A DNA stretch of 62,619 nt, counting the filler, from Globobulimina sp. (taxonomy: Eukaryota): NCBI GenBank assembly GCA_003354225.1. It is 18 parts of 18 records of this genome, joined end to end, with 100 filler letters (N's around TTAATTAATTAA, not from the genome) between each part and the next. Parts side by side here need not be neighbours in the genome. Positions count along the whole stretch, not along the records: positions 1 to 3,388 come from PIVH01002928.1; positions 3,489 to 6,876 come from PIVH01002929.1; positions 6,977 to 10,363 come from PIVH01002930.1; positions 10,464 to 13,850 come from PIVH01002931.1; 14 more parts are not named here. One strand, given 5' to 3'. Numbering within the stretch: position 1 is the first letter of the stretch; every line of letters starts with the position of its first letter. Below are positions 1 to 12,504 of this stretch, in pieces. Below the pieces are notes generated by a model that saw nothing but the letters and a program-made list of their open reading frames with translations, was not told the DNA's origin and made no database searches. A program made the position numbers and the translations under genes.

Positions 1-219
1 GAAATTACAATCATTCCAGAATTTAAGGATCATGGAGAGGATGTTGGTTTTAAAATAACTGTTCACAAAAAAACCAAAACTGCACATTTATCATTTTTAG
101 AATTGACTGTTAACTGCCACATTAAAGATAATAAACTTCATTTATATATTGGTGATAGAGGCTTAGAAGAATATATCTGGCTTTATTTTGCTCAATTTTT
201 TGGTTGCTACTCACCTATA

Positions 220-585
220 ATTCAAATATATTTAATTGGTGGTAGAGATACTTTTAATGGTGCTCCATCTGTTTATATTCAAATATATGATATTGCTTCC
301 AATGCTGCTGAAGTTATTACCTCGTATCCATTAAATGCTGGAAGATCCTCACCAGCTGCTATTATGGTGAATAATCGAATATATGTATTTGGTGGAACAA
401 CTGGGACTGCTGACGCTGCTCGTTTGAGTTCGTGGGAATATTCCAATATTTTAACTAACACTCCAACTAATTCTCCAACTGCAACAACAGAGTCACCAAC
501 GGATACTCCAACTAATAATCCAACTGATACACCAACGCCGCGTATAACTAATAATCCAACAGGTCTATATCCACTGCATCAGTAA
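220..585 (+). CDS. Exon of a Kelch/beta-propeller protein followed by a PT-rich (PTxxPT) linker, partial
   Basis: Kelch-like 'IYLIGG' and 'RIYVFGG' motifs followed by TPTNSPT/TPTNNPT repeats. Confidence 0.6.
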   Translation: MQIYLIGGRDTFNGAPSVYIQIYDIASNAAEVITSYPLNAGRSSPAAIMVNNRIYVFGGTTGTADAARLSSWEYSNILTNTPTNSPTATTESPTDTPTNNPTDTPTPRITNNPTGLYPLHQ

Positions 586-1013
586 TGTTTCTCTTTTCTA
601 CCCTGGCTTTACATACAAAAATGCGAAAATATTAGATATTTTTATCATTAGTCTGTAAGTATGGGGTGGAAATTGCTTTTGATTTAAACATTTTATGTTT
701 TTAAGAAACTAACTCAGTTCAATACAATCGTAAAATAACAGCTAGGATTTTCACCTCATAAAAGACAATTTTTTATAAGGATTGTGTCCTAATAAATAAT
801 AAATGAGGCAACTATCATAACTGAAAGTGTTTCTGTTGTACATAATAAGATGGCACTTTTTCTAAAGTTGATGAACTGGAAAGAAAAGATTAACCGTCAG
901 ATCTCCATTAGTCTTTCTTTATTTTTATGGTCATTTTTGTATAAGTGGCTATCCACAAACCAGTTACCTCAACCCTCAAATGTGAATAAAGAAAATCTAA
1001 CATATCACCTTTT

Positions 1014-3306
1014 TTGTATACAGTTTGTATGGATTATATGGATAGCGATATTTCATATATTTCGAATGATGGAGCTGATAATATCTCAACCACATTAAAC
1101 TCGCAAATCAATAGCACATTGCATGGAATTACTTCATTTAATGGCTCTGTTATGCTTTACAACGATCCATCAGTTATTAACAACACATTAATATTACCAT
1201 ATTTTGGATCCATAATTAATTGCAACAAAGACCTTTCTGAAATCTGTGTCATTGAATGTATTGAATATCTCTCATGTTATTCAATGCAGATGTTACCAAC
1301 AACACATTATACCAAACAAATATTACTTAGATGCTCTACTAAAAATGCGTGTGATTCGGTTGTGGTTAATTATACGCAATCAATTGCACCCAATGTAGAA
1401 GCAATAATCATTGTCTGTTCCCATTCCGTGTCATGTGTTGATTTAGCTGTCAATTTATTAAATTCGCAATTAACTTTAACTGTATACTGTTTGGATGCAT
1501 TGTCATGCGTTAATTTAGCAATAACTAACGAAAGAACATCAATTGTAGACAATGATAATAATAATAAAGTTGTAATTTATTGTGTTAAAGCCAATAGTTG
1601 CAAACTATTACATATTTCAAGTAATAATATCAATTTATATTTATATCAATTCAGCGAACAAATCAATATTGAAACACTTAAATATGAATCGGTTAATATT
1701 CTATGTGGCAATGGCAATGATCGAAGATATTTACGATATGAGGCAAATAATTTATTGAATGACGAAGAATTTCTATTGAAAGCAAGAAAAGAGTATATTT
1801 GCGGTCGTTTACCCTGCGAAGATGTGGAGGTAATATGTCGAACGAGAGTTGATAACAAATTATATGATCGACAATGTACAATGCGGTACGAATTAATTAA
1901 TTTTGATATACAAAGTATTATCGCTTCCAAAGATATACATTCATGCTATTGGTTAGATATTGGCTTATTATTCGAGCCATATTGCGATGGTGAGTGTAGC
2001 TCACAAAATATAACAATTTATAATTATTTTATAGAGATTCCTTTGGAATTAAAATTAGGACTCGATGGAAATGACGAAACTGCGGCAGACCGGGTTTTTG
2101 ATGTTGGAATTGCACTTTGTAGAGAATATTTTGTTGATAGTAATGCAACGTCTGACACGTTATCAGATATTGATGTCATTGTTGGTGCGGCATTATTATT
2201 ATTTAGCGAAGGCGGTCAAAATGCATTAATTCATGGAATTGGCAAGACACCAAACACTTTTTTATCATACAATAAAACCTTTATAAATTGCACCCAATTT
2301 GATATTGAAACTGACTCCATTTCGATAACTTGCATATTCAGCATAGAATCGGTAGACGTGGACAGAGGAAATGTGGATAGTTTATTTAAAGCAGATTCAG
2401 TATTTTATAATGAAGTAAACAGATTATTGGCAGAATATTTTGGGGAAGGTACAATTTCGATGTTTCCAGCAACCATTCCTGGAAAAGATATTGGCTTTGT
2501 GTTTGGTTTGAAATGGTTGTTATTAATAATAATCTCTATAATAATTTTTATATCATTTCTGATGTCAATCTGTGCATATTTTCATAATAAAGGTTCATTG
2601 CCGTGTTCTATCCCAGGTTCACATATAACTGATAATGGCATATGGTTAGCTGCCACTATTTATATGTTGCAAATTGCCGACCTATTCTCGGATGTTCGTC
2701 TGAGGTATAAAATGAGTTCAATATATAATACATTATAACGAAACTTTGTGTATCAAATATAACAAATTTCGTTCATGTTTGGAATACACAAATTTTCGGC
2801 ACCTCATAAAACTTTGAATTGAATTATTTAACTCATTTAATACCTTAATTAAGCATTGAAATATCGACACATCAACAATTTGGAACAAATCGTGTAATTC
2901 AATTATGTGCTATGTCGTCTTTCGCATTTATTATATTGCCGTATGCAGTGAATATGTTTTATGCCGTCGGAATCAAACATTATGTGAAAAATAATAAATT
3001 TGCATGTGATTGGTTTGAAAGCAATTCAATAATTTTTATGACATTCGTAGGTTTATCAGGTATATAAGTCCGTTTTTATTATTGTATAAAAGCATGCATA
3101 TTTACATAGGAGGATGTCATCCATCTTTGGTGATTGTATCATCCTCAATGTTCGGGTTTAATGTATTTAATTCTGGATTGACCAAATATGAACTCCGACA
3201 ATTAAATAAATTCAAAATTATCGGTACTGTATGCTTTGAAAATCTACCGCAAATACTCGTGGTTTTATTGACAATTATCGATGTGGATAAAATAATATTA
3301 ATTTAA
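1014..3306 (+). CDS. Large Cys-rich extracellular protein with C-terminal multi-pass membrane region (multi-exon, partial); probably continues the Kelch/PT gene
   Basis: 574-aa ORF with repeated C-x5-C motifs and a TM helix (WLLLIIISIIIFISFLMSICAYF). Further hydrophobic exons near 2900-3060 and 3110-3260. Confidence 0.5.
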
Positions 3307-3388
3307 ATTCAATTAAATATACTTTATAATACATATTAACAATAGCCAATAATATTAAACCTATTCCAATCTCTGGGTAGGGTGGGTG

Positions 3389-3488
3389 NNNNNNNNNNNN
3401 NNNNNNNNNNNNNNNNNNNNNNNNNNNNNNNNTTAATTAATTAANNNNNNNNNNNNNNNNNNNNNNNNNNNNNNNNNNNNNNNNNNNN
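3389..3488. other. Artificial contig spacer (44 N + TTAATTAATTAA + 44 N). The same spacer lies at 6877, 10364, 13851, 17337, 20823, 24309, 27795, 31281, 34766, 38250, 41733, 45216, 48699, 52181, 55661 and 59141
   Basis: Identical 100-bp block with stops in all six frames. The intervening pieces decrease steadily in length (3388 to about 3380 bp), as expected for size-sorted contigs. Confidence 0.98.
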
Positions 3489-3583
3489 CAATATCCTTAA
3501 TAAAGATCGTACTGTATTATAAATAAGGATTAGACGAACATTTACTTAAGCTTTTTCTCTAACAATTCACAAATGATTAAAAA

Positions 3584-3683
3584 AAGTTGATCATGAGCAA
3601 ATTCAAGGTCAAATAGGAAAACTCTATTTACTTAGCTTTTTAAGTTGAACATGAGCAAAATCAAGGTCAAATAGGAAAACTCT
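3584..3683 (+). repeat. Imperfect 42-bp direct repeat, two copies (3584-3625 and 3642-3683)
   Basis: aagttga(t/a)catgagcaaa(t/a)tcaaggtcaaataggaaaactct occurs twice, 58 bp apart. Confidence 0.85.
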
Positions 3684-3797
3684 CATGAGTGATGAACCCA
3701 AGATCAAAGTAAATGTTCTATATGTAGTTGCATGAAAAATAAAAATATTTTTTAGAGTAAAATATCTTTAATTTAATAATAAAACCATTTTGATAGC

Positions 3798-5525
3798 ATG
3801 GCACTGAATGCATTTGAAAAACTAAACAAAACATTAGGAGAATACTACCAATCACAACGCGTTTCAACCTATTACGACGAGCAGACTCCAAACGGCAAAT
3901 TCTTAGCTTACTGTGTTTGTCATTTTATGCATATAAATCCCATCACAAACACTAAAACCACAACACACAAAAACAGGAAGAGAATGGATTCGAGCTTGAA
4001 GACATTGATGACGAATTGCAAAATGACGCAGCAGATTGCATGTATTGTGATTTCGATGAGAACTTCCCCATCGACAAAAGCCAAAACATACGCAACCGCT
4101 ACGCTCGAATCGAAGCAATATTTAATGTCATCAAACATTGCTATGCTCGCGGCGTAGCGCCCAAATACTTCAGCACATTAAATCTAGAGTTGAGCTGTAA
4201 CGCCGACGACCTAAAAACAGCAGAGGCCAAATATACAGTGCAATGCCCCAAAATCTATAAACAGGAAAACACATTGAAAGAAGTCTTCGCCATTGGATTA
4301 AAAAACGACTTTCCATTCATCAGCTATTTGGTAGACGCGTATCAAAGGGATCGAATGTTATCAGACGGCCAAGATCTTGACACAGCGACCTGGGCCAAAC
4401 ACAGTCCGTATATCAAGAAAATCTGCGCCAAATCCAAGCAGAAAGCGACTACGATCCAGTCTGCGATAGAAACGTATCTAAAGCGAGTGGTGCCGCGCTT
4501 CCATTGGAAGGCTATGAATAAGATACAGGACGACATCCAGCCGGTGATTGAGTATTTTGTGGCCGCGGCCAAATTCGTAGAAGCCCTATTGGGCAAAGGA
4601 CAGACGCCGCCGTTTGGATACGATGTTGTCATCGTCGTGAAAAAAGCAATTAGGTACTTCTAAATTGTGCGACCTGTACTTGTACAGTCGGACATTGCCA
4701 ACTTGTGTGACCACAATATGTAGCACTTCGATAATGGTCAAGCCAGACTTTGGCAGTGATGACGATGACGACGAGTCAGAGGAGAATGAGTCTAAAAGTG
4801 GTGGGGCAGAGGAGGAGCATAAGGATAATAGCAAGTATTTGGATGATATTGAGGGGAAATTGAAAGACAATGATTGTACTTATATTGGTAAAGAATTGGC
4901 CGCCGGCGAGCGGGGCGTTAGATTTTTGATGACTGCATTTGAGGAATTTAGTAAGAAATTGGGTGACAAATACAAGAAGAAAGGGAAGAATCTGGATGGA
5001 TATCCGCGTAAAAAAAGGTTTTGTACAATGATTGATCGGCGCGGTGATAATAAAAATAAAGATTGGATGACAATGTTTGAGCCGCCGGATGATAGTAACA
5101 CTGTGCCGGATAAACATGTGCCGGATTGGTACTTTAATGCGGGCAAAACCTGCATTGTGCCCTCCAAAGGATATAATAATGGCAATGTGTATAATGGAGG
5201 CGGTGGTGGTGGGAATGGAGGGGTCGATTTGCAGGATATATTGTGTGTGGATCATGCGTATAAAGGACAAGTAATTACTATCTCATTCCATGTCGATTCA
5301 TCTGCTTCGGTGAGGTGTTATTTGTTTTGGAATGGTTGTTATATTCGTGTTATATATCCAGAGGATTTAAAAATTATTTTAACTGCAATATTTGATGTGG
5401 AATATAAAGGAAATAAACAATATTTAAATTCGAAGCAATCTACGGATGATATCGCGAAATTAAACGTTGTTCATGATAGTACGTTTAATGCCTTTTATAA
5501 AGATGTTAAAATGAATAAGATATGA
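3798..5525 (+). CDS. Hypothetical protein with three exons (introns 3915-3976 and 4654-4687)
   Basis: GT-AG introns join the ORFs at 3798, 4016 and 4665 in frame (…FLAYC|EENGFE… and …KAIS|RTLP…). Confidence 0.7.
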
Positions 5526-5780
5526 TTTTAGTGCGTGTGTCAGAAATGAGTCATTAATTATAATTATCTTTTGTTACTAATAATGGTTTCCAATCAATTT
5601 TTGATTGAATGTTTGAGCCATTCCTTGTATATCACAGTTCTGAAGGTCCAATACCTATATATTGTAATATTTGAATCCTGAACAATGTTTGATTCACAAT
5701 GTTATGTTTATTGGGTTCCGTCATTTGTTGCATGTAGTTTCAAAAAGTTTTTTGAAGTGATCTAGTCATCAGTTGAAGTG

Positions 5781-6335
5781 ATGGAAAGCAAAGAACAAAA
5801 AAATGAGTCAAATGATAACCATATACTACCAAAATGGGATTTGTCAGTAAATAATGGATATATTGAATATTCCAATAATTATTATATAGCAAAATTGAAA
5901 CAAGTCAAACAACAGAAAGACATAACGATAAGAGGACCATTTTGGAAATCAGGACGACATATTGTGCATTTTAAATTGCATAAAGTAGGCTGTGTTGGAG
6001 TTGGTATTATCAACAAATCATTTAACATATCACCAGGACAATACCTAGGATGCGATGATAAATCATACGGTGCATGGGATGTTTCAGCACAACTTTCTGT
6101 TGCATATTATAAAGGAAACGCCTTGCCGGTTGAGCGCAAAATAAATATCAAACAAGGTGACATTGTTACAGTTGATATCAATTTGAATGACTATACATTG
6201 AATTGGGCAATAAATGGGGTTTTTTTATCTGATGGAGATACTGCAACAGGCATATCCAAACAAATTGCTTTTGCTGCAACATTATGTCGTGATGGCGATT
6301 GTATTGAAATCATAGGTTATTCGTATTCAAAATAG
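5781..6335 (+). CDS. SPRY/B30.2-domain protein
   Basis: 'SGRHIVHFKL…VGVGII…YLGCDDKSYG…GDIVTVDINLNDYTLNWAING' follows the SPRY pattern. Confidence 0.75.
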   Translation: MESKEQKNESNDNHILPKWDLSVNNGYIEYSNNYYIAKLKQVKQQKDITIRGPFWKSGRHIVHFKLHKVGCVGVGIINKSFNISPGQYLGCDDKSYGAWDVSAQLSVAYYKGNALPVERKINIKQGDIVTVDINLNDYTLNWAINGVFLSDGDTATGISKQIAFAATLCRDGDCIEIIGYSYSK

Positions 6336-6561
6336 TTGAGACAGATTGAATTAAAGAATGAACAATTAAATAGTTGGTTGATCGAGGTCTAATTATGATT
6401 TCCTTTTAAAAAATATTGAACTGAGATATTGTTGATGTTCCAATTTATTTTCCTTTTCCCACTATATATCGAAAGTTGTACACGTTTTCAAAGCTTTTGC
6501 GACTCACATCTTTAAATTTCACAGTTTTTAAAACAAACGCATATATAACTTTAGTTGACTA

Positions 6562-6876
6562 ATGGAGGGTGTCCAAACAGATCAATTAGGTCAATTTTTA
6601 TCATCATGTTTAAAACAAGCCAAACATGTCTCAGATGCGCGAGCAAAATTAGACGAAGAGGGTATTGATTACGATACAGTATTTGAATTAGGTGAGGAAG
6701 ATTTACGTTCAACATTATTGGATTTGGATATTAAAAAATACCAAGTTGGCTTAATTGTAAATAAATTACGCAAAATGCAGGGTTCAGGAGTCTCATTATA
6801 TCCATTATCAGCAACAACATCAACATTTGTCGTATTAACCACGGAACAAAATAATTATATATTGCAGCTATCAAAA
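6562..6876 (+). CDS. Protein with N-terminal SAM-like domain, truncated at contig end
   Basis: 'KLDEEGIDYDTVFELGEEDLRSTLLDLDI' resembles a SAM helix pattern. Confidence 0.45.
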
Positions 6877-7274
6877 NNNNNNNNNNNNNNNNNNNNNNNN
6901 NNNNNNNNNNNNNNNNNNNNTTAATTAATTAANNNNNNNNNNNNNNNNNNNNNNNNNNNNNNNNNNNNNNNNNNNNAAACTTAATGTGCTACAAAATATG
7001 TAAGTAATTGTTTATTATGTCCTTTTACATATAAATACGTTGATATAATTCAGTATTTATTCGTTTAGTCTGTTAAATATTGATTGTAGACGGATTTACT
7101 TTCTTTTCACTTAAATGCACTAACTCTAAGTGCTACTGTCTAACTATATAACTATTTCTGATACATTTAAAAAATAATCACACATGATCGCGTTGTATCA
7201 TTTTACCATTTTTTAATGGTTGACATGCAAATAAACTGTTTTTTGAAGTTTTTTTTTTTAATTAAGTGAGTCCA

Positions 7275-8354
7275 ATGGCGTCAAAACAGATAATACAAAT
7301 GAAAAAATCAGTGTATAAAACATTATTAAAATTACAAACGATGAACGTAAATGTAAGTGACTATTTAGATGAATTGCGCCCAAAATTTGAAAAGCCAGAA
7401 AAGAAACAAAATAAAATTAAACGCAAGAAAATATCATTGTTGGTTGAAGATAAAATTGGTTGGGGTTGGTGTGACAAAGGCCATCAAGTATTCCATGCCC
7501 GGGGCACCCGATGGAAAAGCAAAAAATGTGCAGGATGCGGTACAAATAAAACACCAAAAGTGTATAAGTGTTTTTCCTGCAACGATTACGATAAAAATTA
7601 CAATAAAAAGAAATTTGACCAAACTGGCAAGAAATATTTATGGTGCGATAAATGTGTAAAAAAAACGAATCCAAAAAACGTGAGAGCGCAAATTAAAGCA
7701 AATAGCAATGATAAAAACCAGATCATTCAAACATTAACAAACGACACAAAGAATGGAGTTGATATATTAACCGGTTTAAACAAGAAAAATGCTTTGAAAT
7801 ATTTGCTAAATGAAATATGTTTAAATCAAAATAAACGTAAGTTTGCGTTGTATTTATTTGAAATTGATGAGATATTCAACAAAGTGAACGAGAAACGTTT
7901 GACATATATTGGTCAAATATTAACCAGCTTTGAGCAGAAAAGTGAGCAAAACTGGAGAGAGGAAGGCGTGCCGCTGCAACGAGTCTGGAGTTTCCGTGTT
8001 GGCGGTGATAAGTTTGCCATTGTCACACAAACAAGACATGAAATATCGCAGCAGGAAGCATTTTACTTGGCGCTCGATGAAGAGATTAAAGAGTTAGACA
8101 TTTGTATATCGGCCGGTGTTTGTTGTCTTGGACTTGAAAGCACCTCATTTATGCCAGGCGGTCAATATAATGATCAGTCGCAAACGCATTCATTTTTCGA
8201 ACATCCATTGCAATCTTCACACATTAAAAAAGCAGCACATTGGTTGTTATTTGCAGGTAAAGCATTAAATGACGCGAAGCATGACGGCGGAGATTGTTAT
8301 CGAATCTATGATGACTCGCAAGTGCAAGTTGTTAAACAGTTTATTGACTGTTAA
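7275..8354 (+). CDS. Zn-finger plus GGDEF (diguanylate cyclase-like) domain protein, degenerate active site (GGDKF)
   Basis: Motifs DILTGL, FALYLFEIDEIFNKVN, FRVGGDKFAIV, ISAGV and AGKALNDAKHDGGDCY occur in GGDEF order. The N-terminus has a C-x3-H…CxxC…CxxC…CxxC module. Confidence 0.8.
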   Translation: MASKQIIQMKKSVYKTLLKLQTMNVNVSDYLDELRPKFEKPEKKQNKIKRKKISLLVEDKIGWGWCDKGHQVFHARGTRWKSKKCAGCGTNKTPKVYKCFSCNDYDKNYNKKKFDQTGKKYLWCDKCVKKTNPKNVRAQIKANSNDKNQIIQTLTNDTKNGVDILTGLNKKNALKYLLNEICLNQNKRKFALYLFEIDEIFNKVNEKRLTYIGQILTSFEQKSEQNWREEGVPLQRVWSFRVGGDKFAIVTQTRHEISQQEAFYLALDEEIKELDICISAGVCCLGLESTSFMPGGQYNDQSQTHSFFEHPLQSSHIKKAAHWLLFAGKALNDAKHDGGDCYRIYDDSQVQVVKQFIDC

Positions 8355-8686
8355 TATAAATTGAATAGAACCGAGAACACAAACAAATTGAAATAAACTA
8401 GTTGCATTTTTATATATTGTATGATTTAATTAATTTAACTTATTTTTTCTTCTAATTTATTTTTTAATCCTTATATTTTAAATTCCAAGAATGTATTTGA
8501 GTGTTTATAGAAATCATTTGCATTCTTGCCGAGCTTATCGATGTAACATTTTGTTCATTGTATAAATCCGATAAAATGGGCAGCTTCAAAATGCAAATCA
8601 CAAACGTTAACGGCAATATTTTTGATACACTGAACAGAATTAAGAAGTTTCTGTTGAATCGAAAATGAATTGAAGTGATTTTTTGT

Positions 8687-10092
8687 TTATTGCGACTTCG
8701 ACACAAGAGTCAATTTAGTATTCCAATGTCCTAAATATACCCCTTTGATAGTAGCACCATGCAATTGCGATGCAACCTCTTCGTTGATGCGAAATGGTTT
8801 ATTAACAACATCCCCATTATCTGCAATACATTCCTTATATTTATTCGTTCCCCATAAATAATGCGCATCATTCTCGCTTTTGGCATAAAAATGCGAAGCA
8901 CCACATTTGATTTCAATAATATTCACAGAACAATTAAAATCAACCAACTGTGGTTCATAATCATTGCCATCCTTAAAAGCATTCACATCGCGACTACCAT
9001 CATAACTCCCCCAACAATATACTTTTCCATTATCATCCAGCACCAAATTAGTGTCCAATCCACATTTCATATCCACCACAAAAATCTTATTGTTAACAAA
9101 ATATGGTATTGGCTGTTGAAAAGAAGGCACACTGCGACGATATCCAAAGCCAAGCTGTCCGAACATATTAGCACCAACACTCCATAATATGCCGTTTCTT
9201 TCCAACCACAGAGTGTGATGCGCGGCACATTCAACTCTAATAACTTCATTCTTGAATACATTTATCTTTCTCCACCGTTTTACTGTTGCACCGCCATGCC
9301 CATTGGCACCAATACCCGTTGAATATAACTCGTAGAAACCGCAAAATGTTGCAATTATGTTGGAAATATCAGCAGGTATATCCAGCATCACTTTGTTGCA
9401 CCATACTAGCACCACAGTGATAGCACGCATTTTATTGTTACAAATGGCAACGCAATGATGAGGACACGATTTTATATCAATTACATTATACAATGCAGGT
9501 ATATGCTGCGGCAAAGATTGATTTCTTGAATGACCTTATTATTAACGATCCAGTGCATATGTATAATTTAGGAAAACTGCTAATGGATCGTACCTAAACC
9601 TAATTGATAGAATTCGTTGATTCCATTTCCATACACTTGGCCATCGCGTGTGATCCAAAATATATTGGAACTGACGCAGTTTGCACATATCTGTCGAATT
9701 CGAATGTTGTTGCATTTGAAATATGTAATTTCTGTCAATCTGTGCGCTGCATCTTTTCCTGTGCCACATTGGCCCACCGCATTGTATCCAGCGGCCCAAA
9801 ACTCATTTTTCTGTGTTTGATAGACAGAAAAATGTCGTCCGGAATGAATTCTTGTGATTGGCTCATTCACTTTAAAATGTGTGTTGCGAGTCAAATCAAA
9901 TTGTTTGGTTGCATTGTAGCCAATGGCGTAGACCATATGATCTGATTTAGATTTTGATGCTATATATTTTGTCAATGGGGTACTATGCGTGCGCGTATTG
10001 CTCATTTGATATCGAGCACCAGTTAGAGACCAACGTGGTAGGTTATTATATAGAGATGATGGATATACATCAGTTGATTTTTTGTTACCCAT
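8687..10092 (-). CDS. RCC1/BLIP-II repeat protein (intron 9535-9593)
   Basis: Repeated 'G.N..GQ.G.G', 'IKCGASHF' and 'VYCWG' motifs. The intron joins …QLGLG|HSRNQSLP…. Confidence 0.85.
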
Positions 10093-10463
10093 TTATTGCG
10101 GACTGAAAAACATCAATTCAAAACTAAAAAATAGGGATTAATTAATTTAGACTAATTAAAAAGCGATTACTTGGAACATTTATATTTGATCAAATAATGA
10201 GGAACGGCATTATACTTTGCTCAGTTCAGCAAACATCACATTGCTATCTTTAATTGAAATGCCCTCAAATGAGTCAGCAAAGTCCTCTCCATTTCGACAT
10301 AAAACAAAATCAGCTCCACTCAGCGTCGAAGCTTTAATCCCAGAAATAAACTTATTTTTGCTANNNNNNNNNNNNNNNNNNNNNNNNNNNNNNNNNNNNN
10401 NNNNNNNTTAATTAATTAANNNNNNNNNNNNNNNNNNNNNNNNNNNNNNNNNNNNNNNNNNNN

Positions 10464-11605
10464 GATGGTGGCATTGACTACAGTCTCTATGTCGGCACTG
10501 GCATGTACGACATGGAAATTTTTACCGCCAGTCTCGCCGATAATACGTGGATACGATTTATAATTGCCAATATTCGTTCCAATGGTCTTCCAAATGTCTC
10601 TAAACACAGAGGTTGAACCTGTGAAATTTACGGCTGCCAAATCGCGATGTTTTACTGCATACTCACTGATAGCCTGTAAAGTGAAAATGTCTCATTCATG
10701 ATTTTTAAGCACAGTGGAAAAAAAAACTTTAGTGGGCTTTGACTAATAAATCATGGCAGACTTTAGGAAAACTAAACTGAGCCTTGCGATGGTATAAAAT
10801 TGATAACACCGTCCGGTAAGCCAGCTTCTTGTAATATTTTATAGGTGACATAATTTGCTAACACACTCGTCGAGGATGGTTTCCATATTCCCACATTTCC
10901 CAACATTGCAGGGGTGGCACATAAATTGCCCCCAATTGCAGTAAAATTAAATGGCGAGATTGCCAAACAAAAGCCTTCCAATGCTCTGTATTCTAATCTA
11001 TTCCATATGCCATCATCATGGAGTAATCGGTCTTGATTATTATACATTTCTTCCACAAATTTTGCGCCAAATCGCCAAAAATCAATTAATTCCGCGGCCG
11101 CATCAATCTCGGCTTGCCACACTGTCTTACCTTGTCCTAACATGGTGGCTGCATTTAATTCATAGCGATACACTTTGCTTAATAACCATGATGCTTTTGT
11201 GAATATTGCTAATCTGTCTTCCAATGGTAAGGCTTCGTATCGCTTTTTGGAGGCCATGGCGCCATCAATTGCGTCAGTAATGACTTGGGGTGTGGCCCGA
11301 TGATATGTACAGACGGCGTGTTGCTTATTGGATGGCATATATTGCGATATAACATCACCTGTACGGATCTCTTTGCCATTTATAATGCACGGAATATCCG
11401 GACATTGTGATCGAGTTTTTTTTAATGCTTCCGTTATTGCAATGCGCTCAGGGGAACCTGGGGCATATTGTTGCATAGGTTCGTTTTTTACAGGCGGCAA
11501 TTTAACCCCGGCAAACTCACTGAATTGACGGGAGGTAGTAAGTGCAGAGTAGATGCATGATGATTTGGAGATTGATTGAAGTGATGGACAGAGTCTTTGC
11601 AACAT
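10464..11605 (-). CDS. ALDH4A1: Delta-1-pyrroline-5-carboxylate dehydrogenase, mitochondrial (3'-partial; intron 10674-10777)
   Basis: Motifs NEP..YAPGSPER, GQGKTVWQAEIDAAAELIDFWRF, ISPFNFTAIGGNL, FTGST and GETGGKNFH, plus an N-terminal transit-peptide-like sequence. Confidence 0.95.
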
Positions 11606-12504
11606 GATGATTACGGTAAAAGATTCAAAAACAGCGGTGAAAACTTTTGTAGTGGATCACTGCATTATCCATAAATTAAAGTTTGTGTAATTATTTTCCC
11701 GATTGAGTATTTAATTTATTGACAAAACAAATACAGTTTCGAGTCAGAGGAATCCTGCAATTATGACAATTATGATTTATGAAGTAGGAGTATGAAACAA
11801 CTCATAATATATCATATTGCAATTTATAATTGATATGTTATTATGAGTTGACACATACCACAGTGATTGAAACCATTGATAACAATGAGTGTAGCTCCGA
11901 GATATGCACAGAAACACACGAACGGTCACATGTTGCAAAGATCACCAACTCCAATTCCGAATCTCCAAAGAAATAGATATCACAAAACACCACAATTTAT
12001 ATATCGTTGCGCAAATCGCCATCATCAATTAACACATACATCAAAAGAAACGTATACAAGCAATGATGCGGACTTATCCGCTCAGTTTGCAAAGCTCAAA
12101 ACATAAATTACCAATTGGTTTACTAATTATTCATACATCAGCTTGACCGCTTATGTATTATTCATAGGTAATTTGACGTGTTAATATTTATTGCATTTAT
12201 CAGACTATATTTTAGTTTGCTAACATATAATATAACATATTTACAAATTTATTGAGTATACTTACTTTTATTTAAAGTAAATCTCGAACTAGCTATATAC
12301 GCATTTAATCGGATTGAAAACGTTCACTTTTTTTATTTGCTCTTTCTTTATTTATATATTTCTCTATGTTTATTTATTTATATTGTTAAACTATTGTTGT
12401 CGTGCCAGTTAAATTTATGAATCTAGGATATGCATTTGCAGATATGCCTAGGCAATGTTTTGTTGTACTGAAACTTTTTTACTGTTTTTTTTACTACATC
12501 AACA

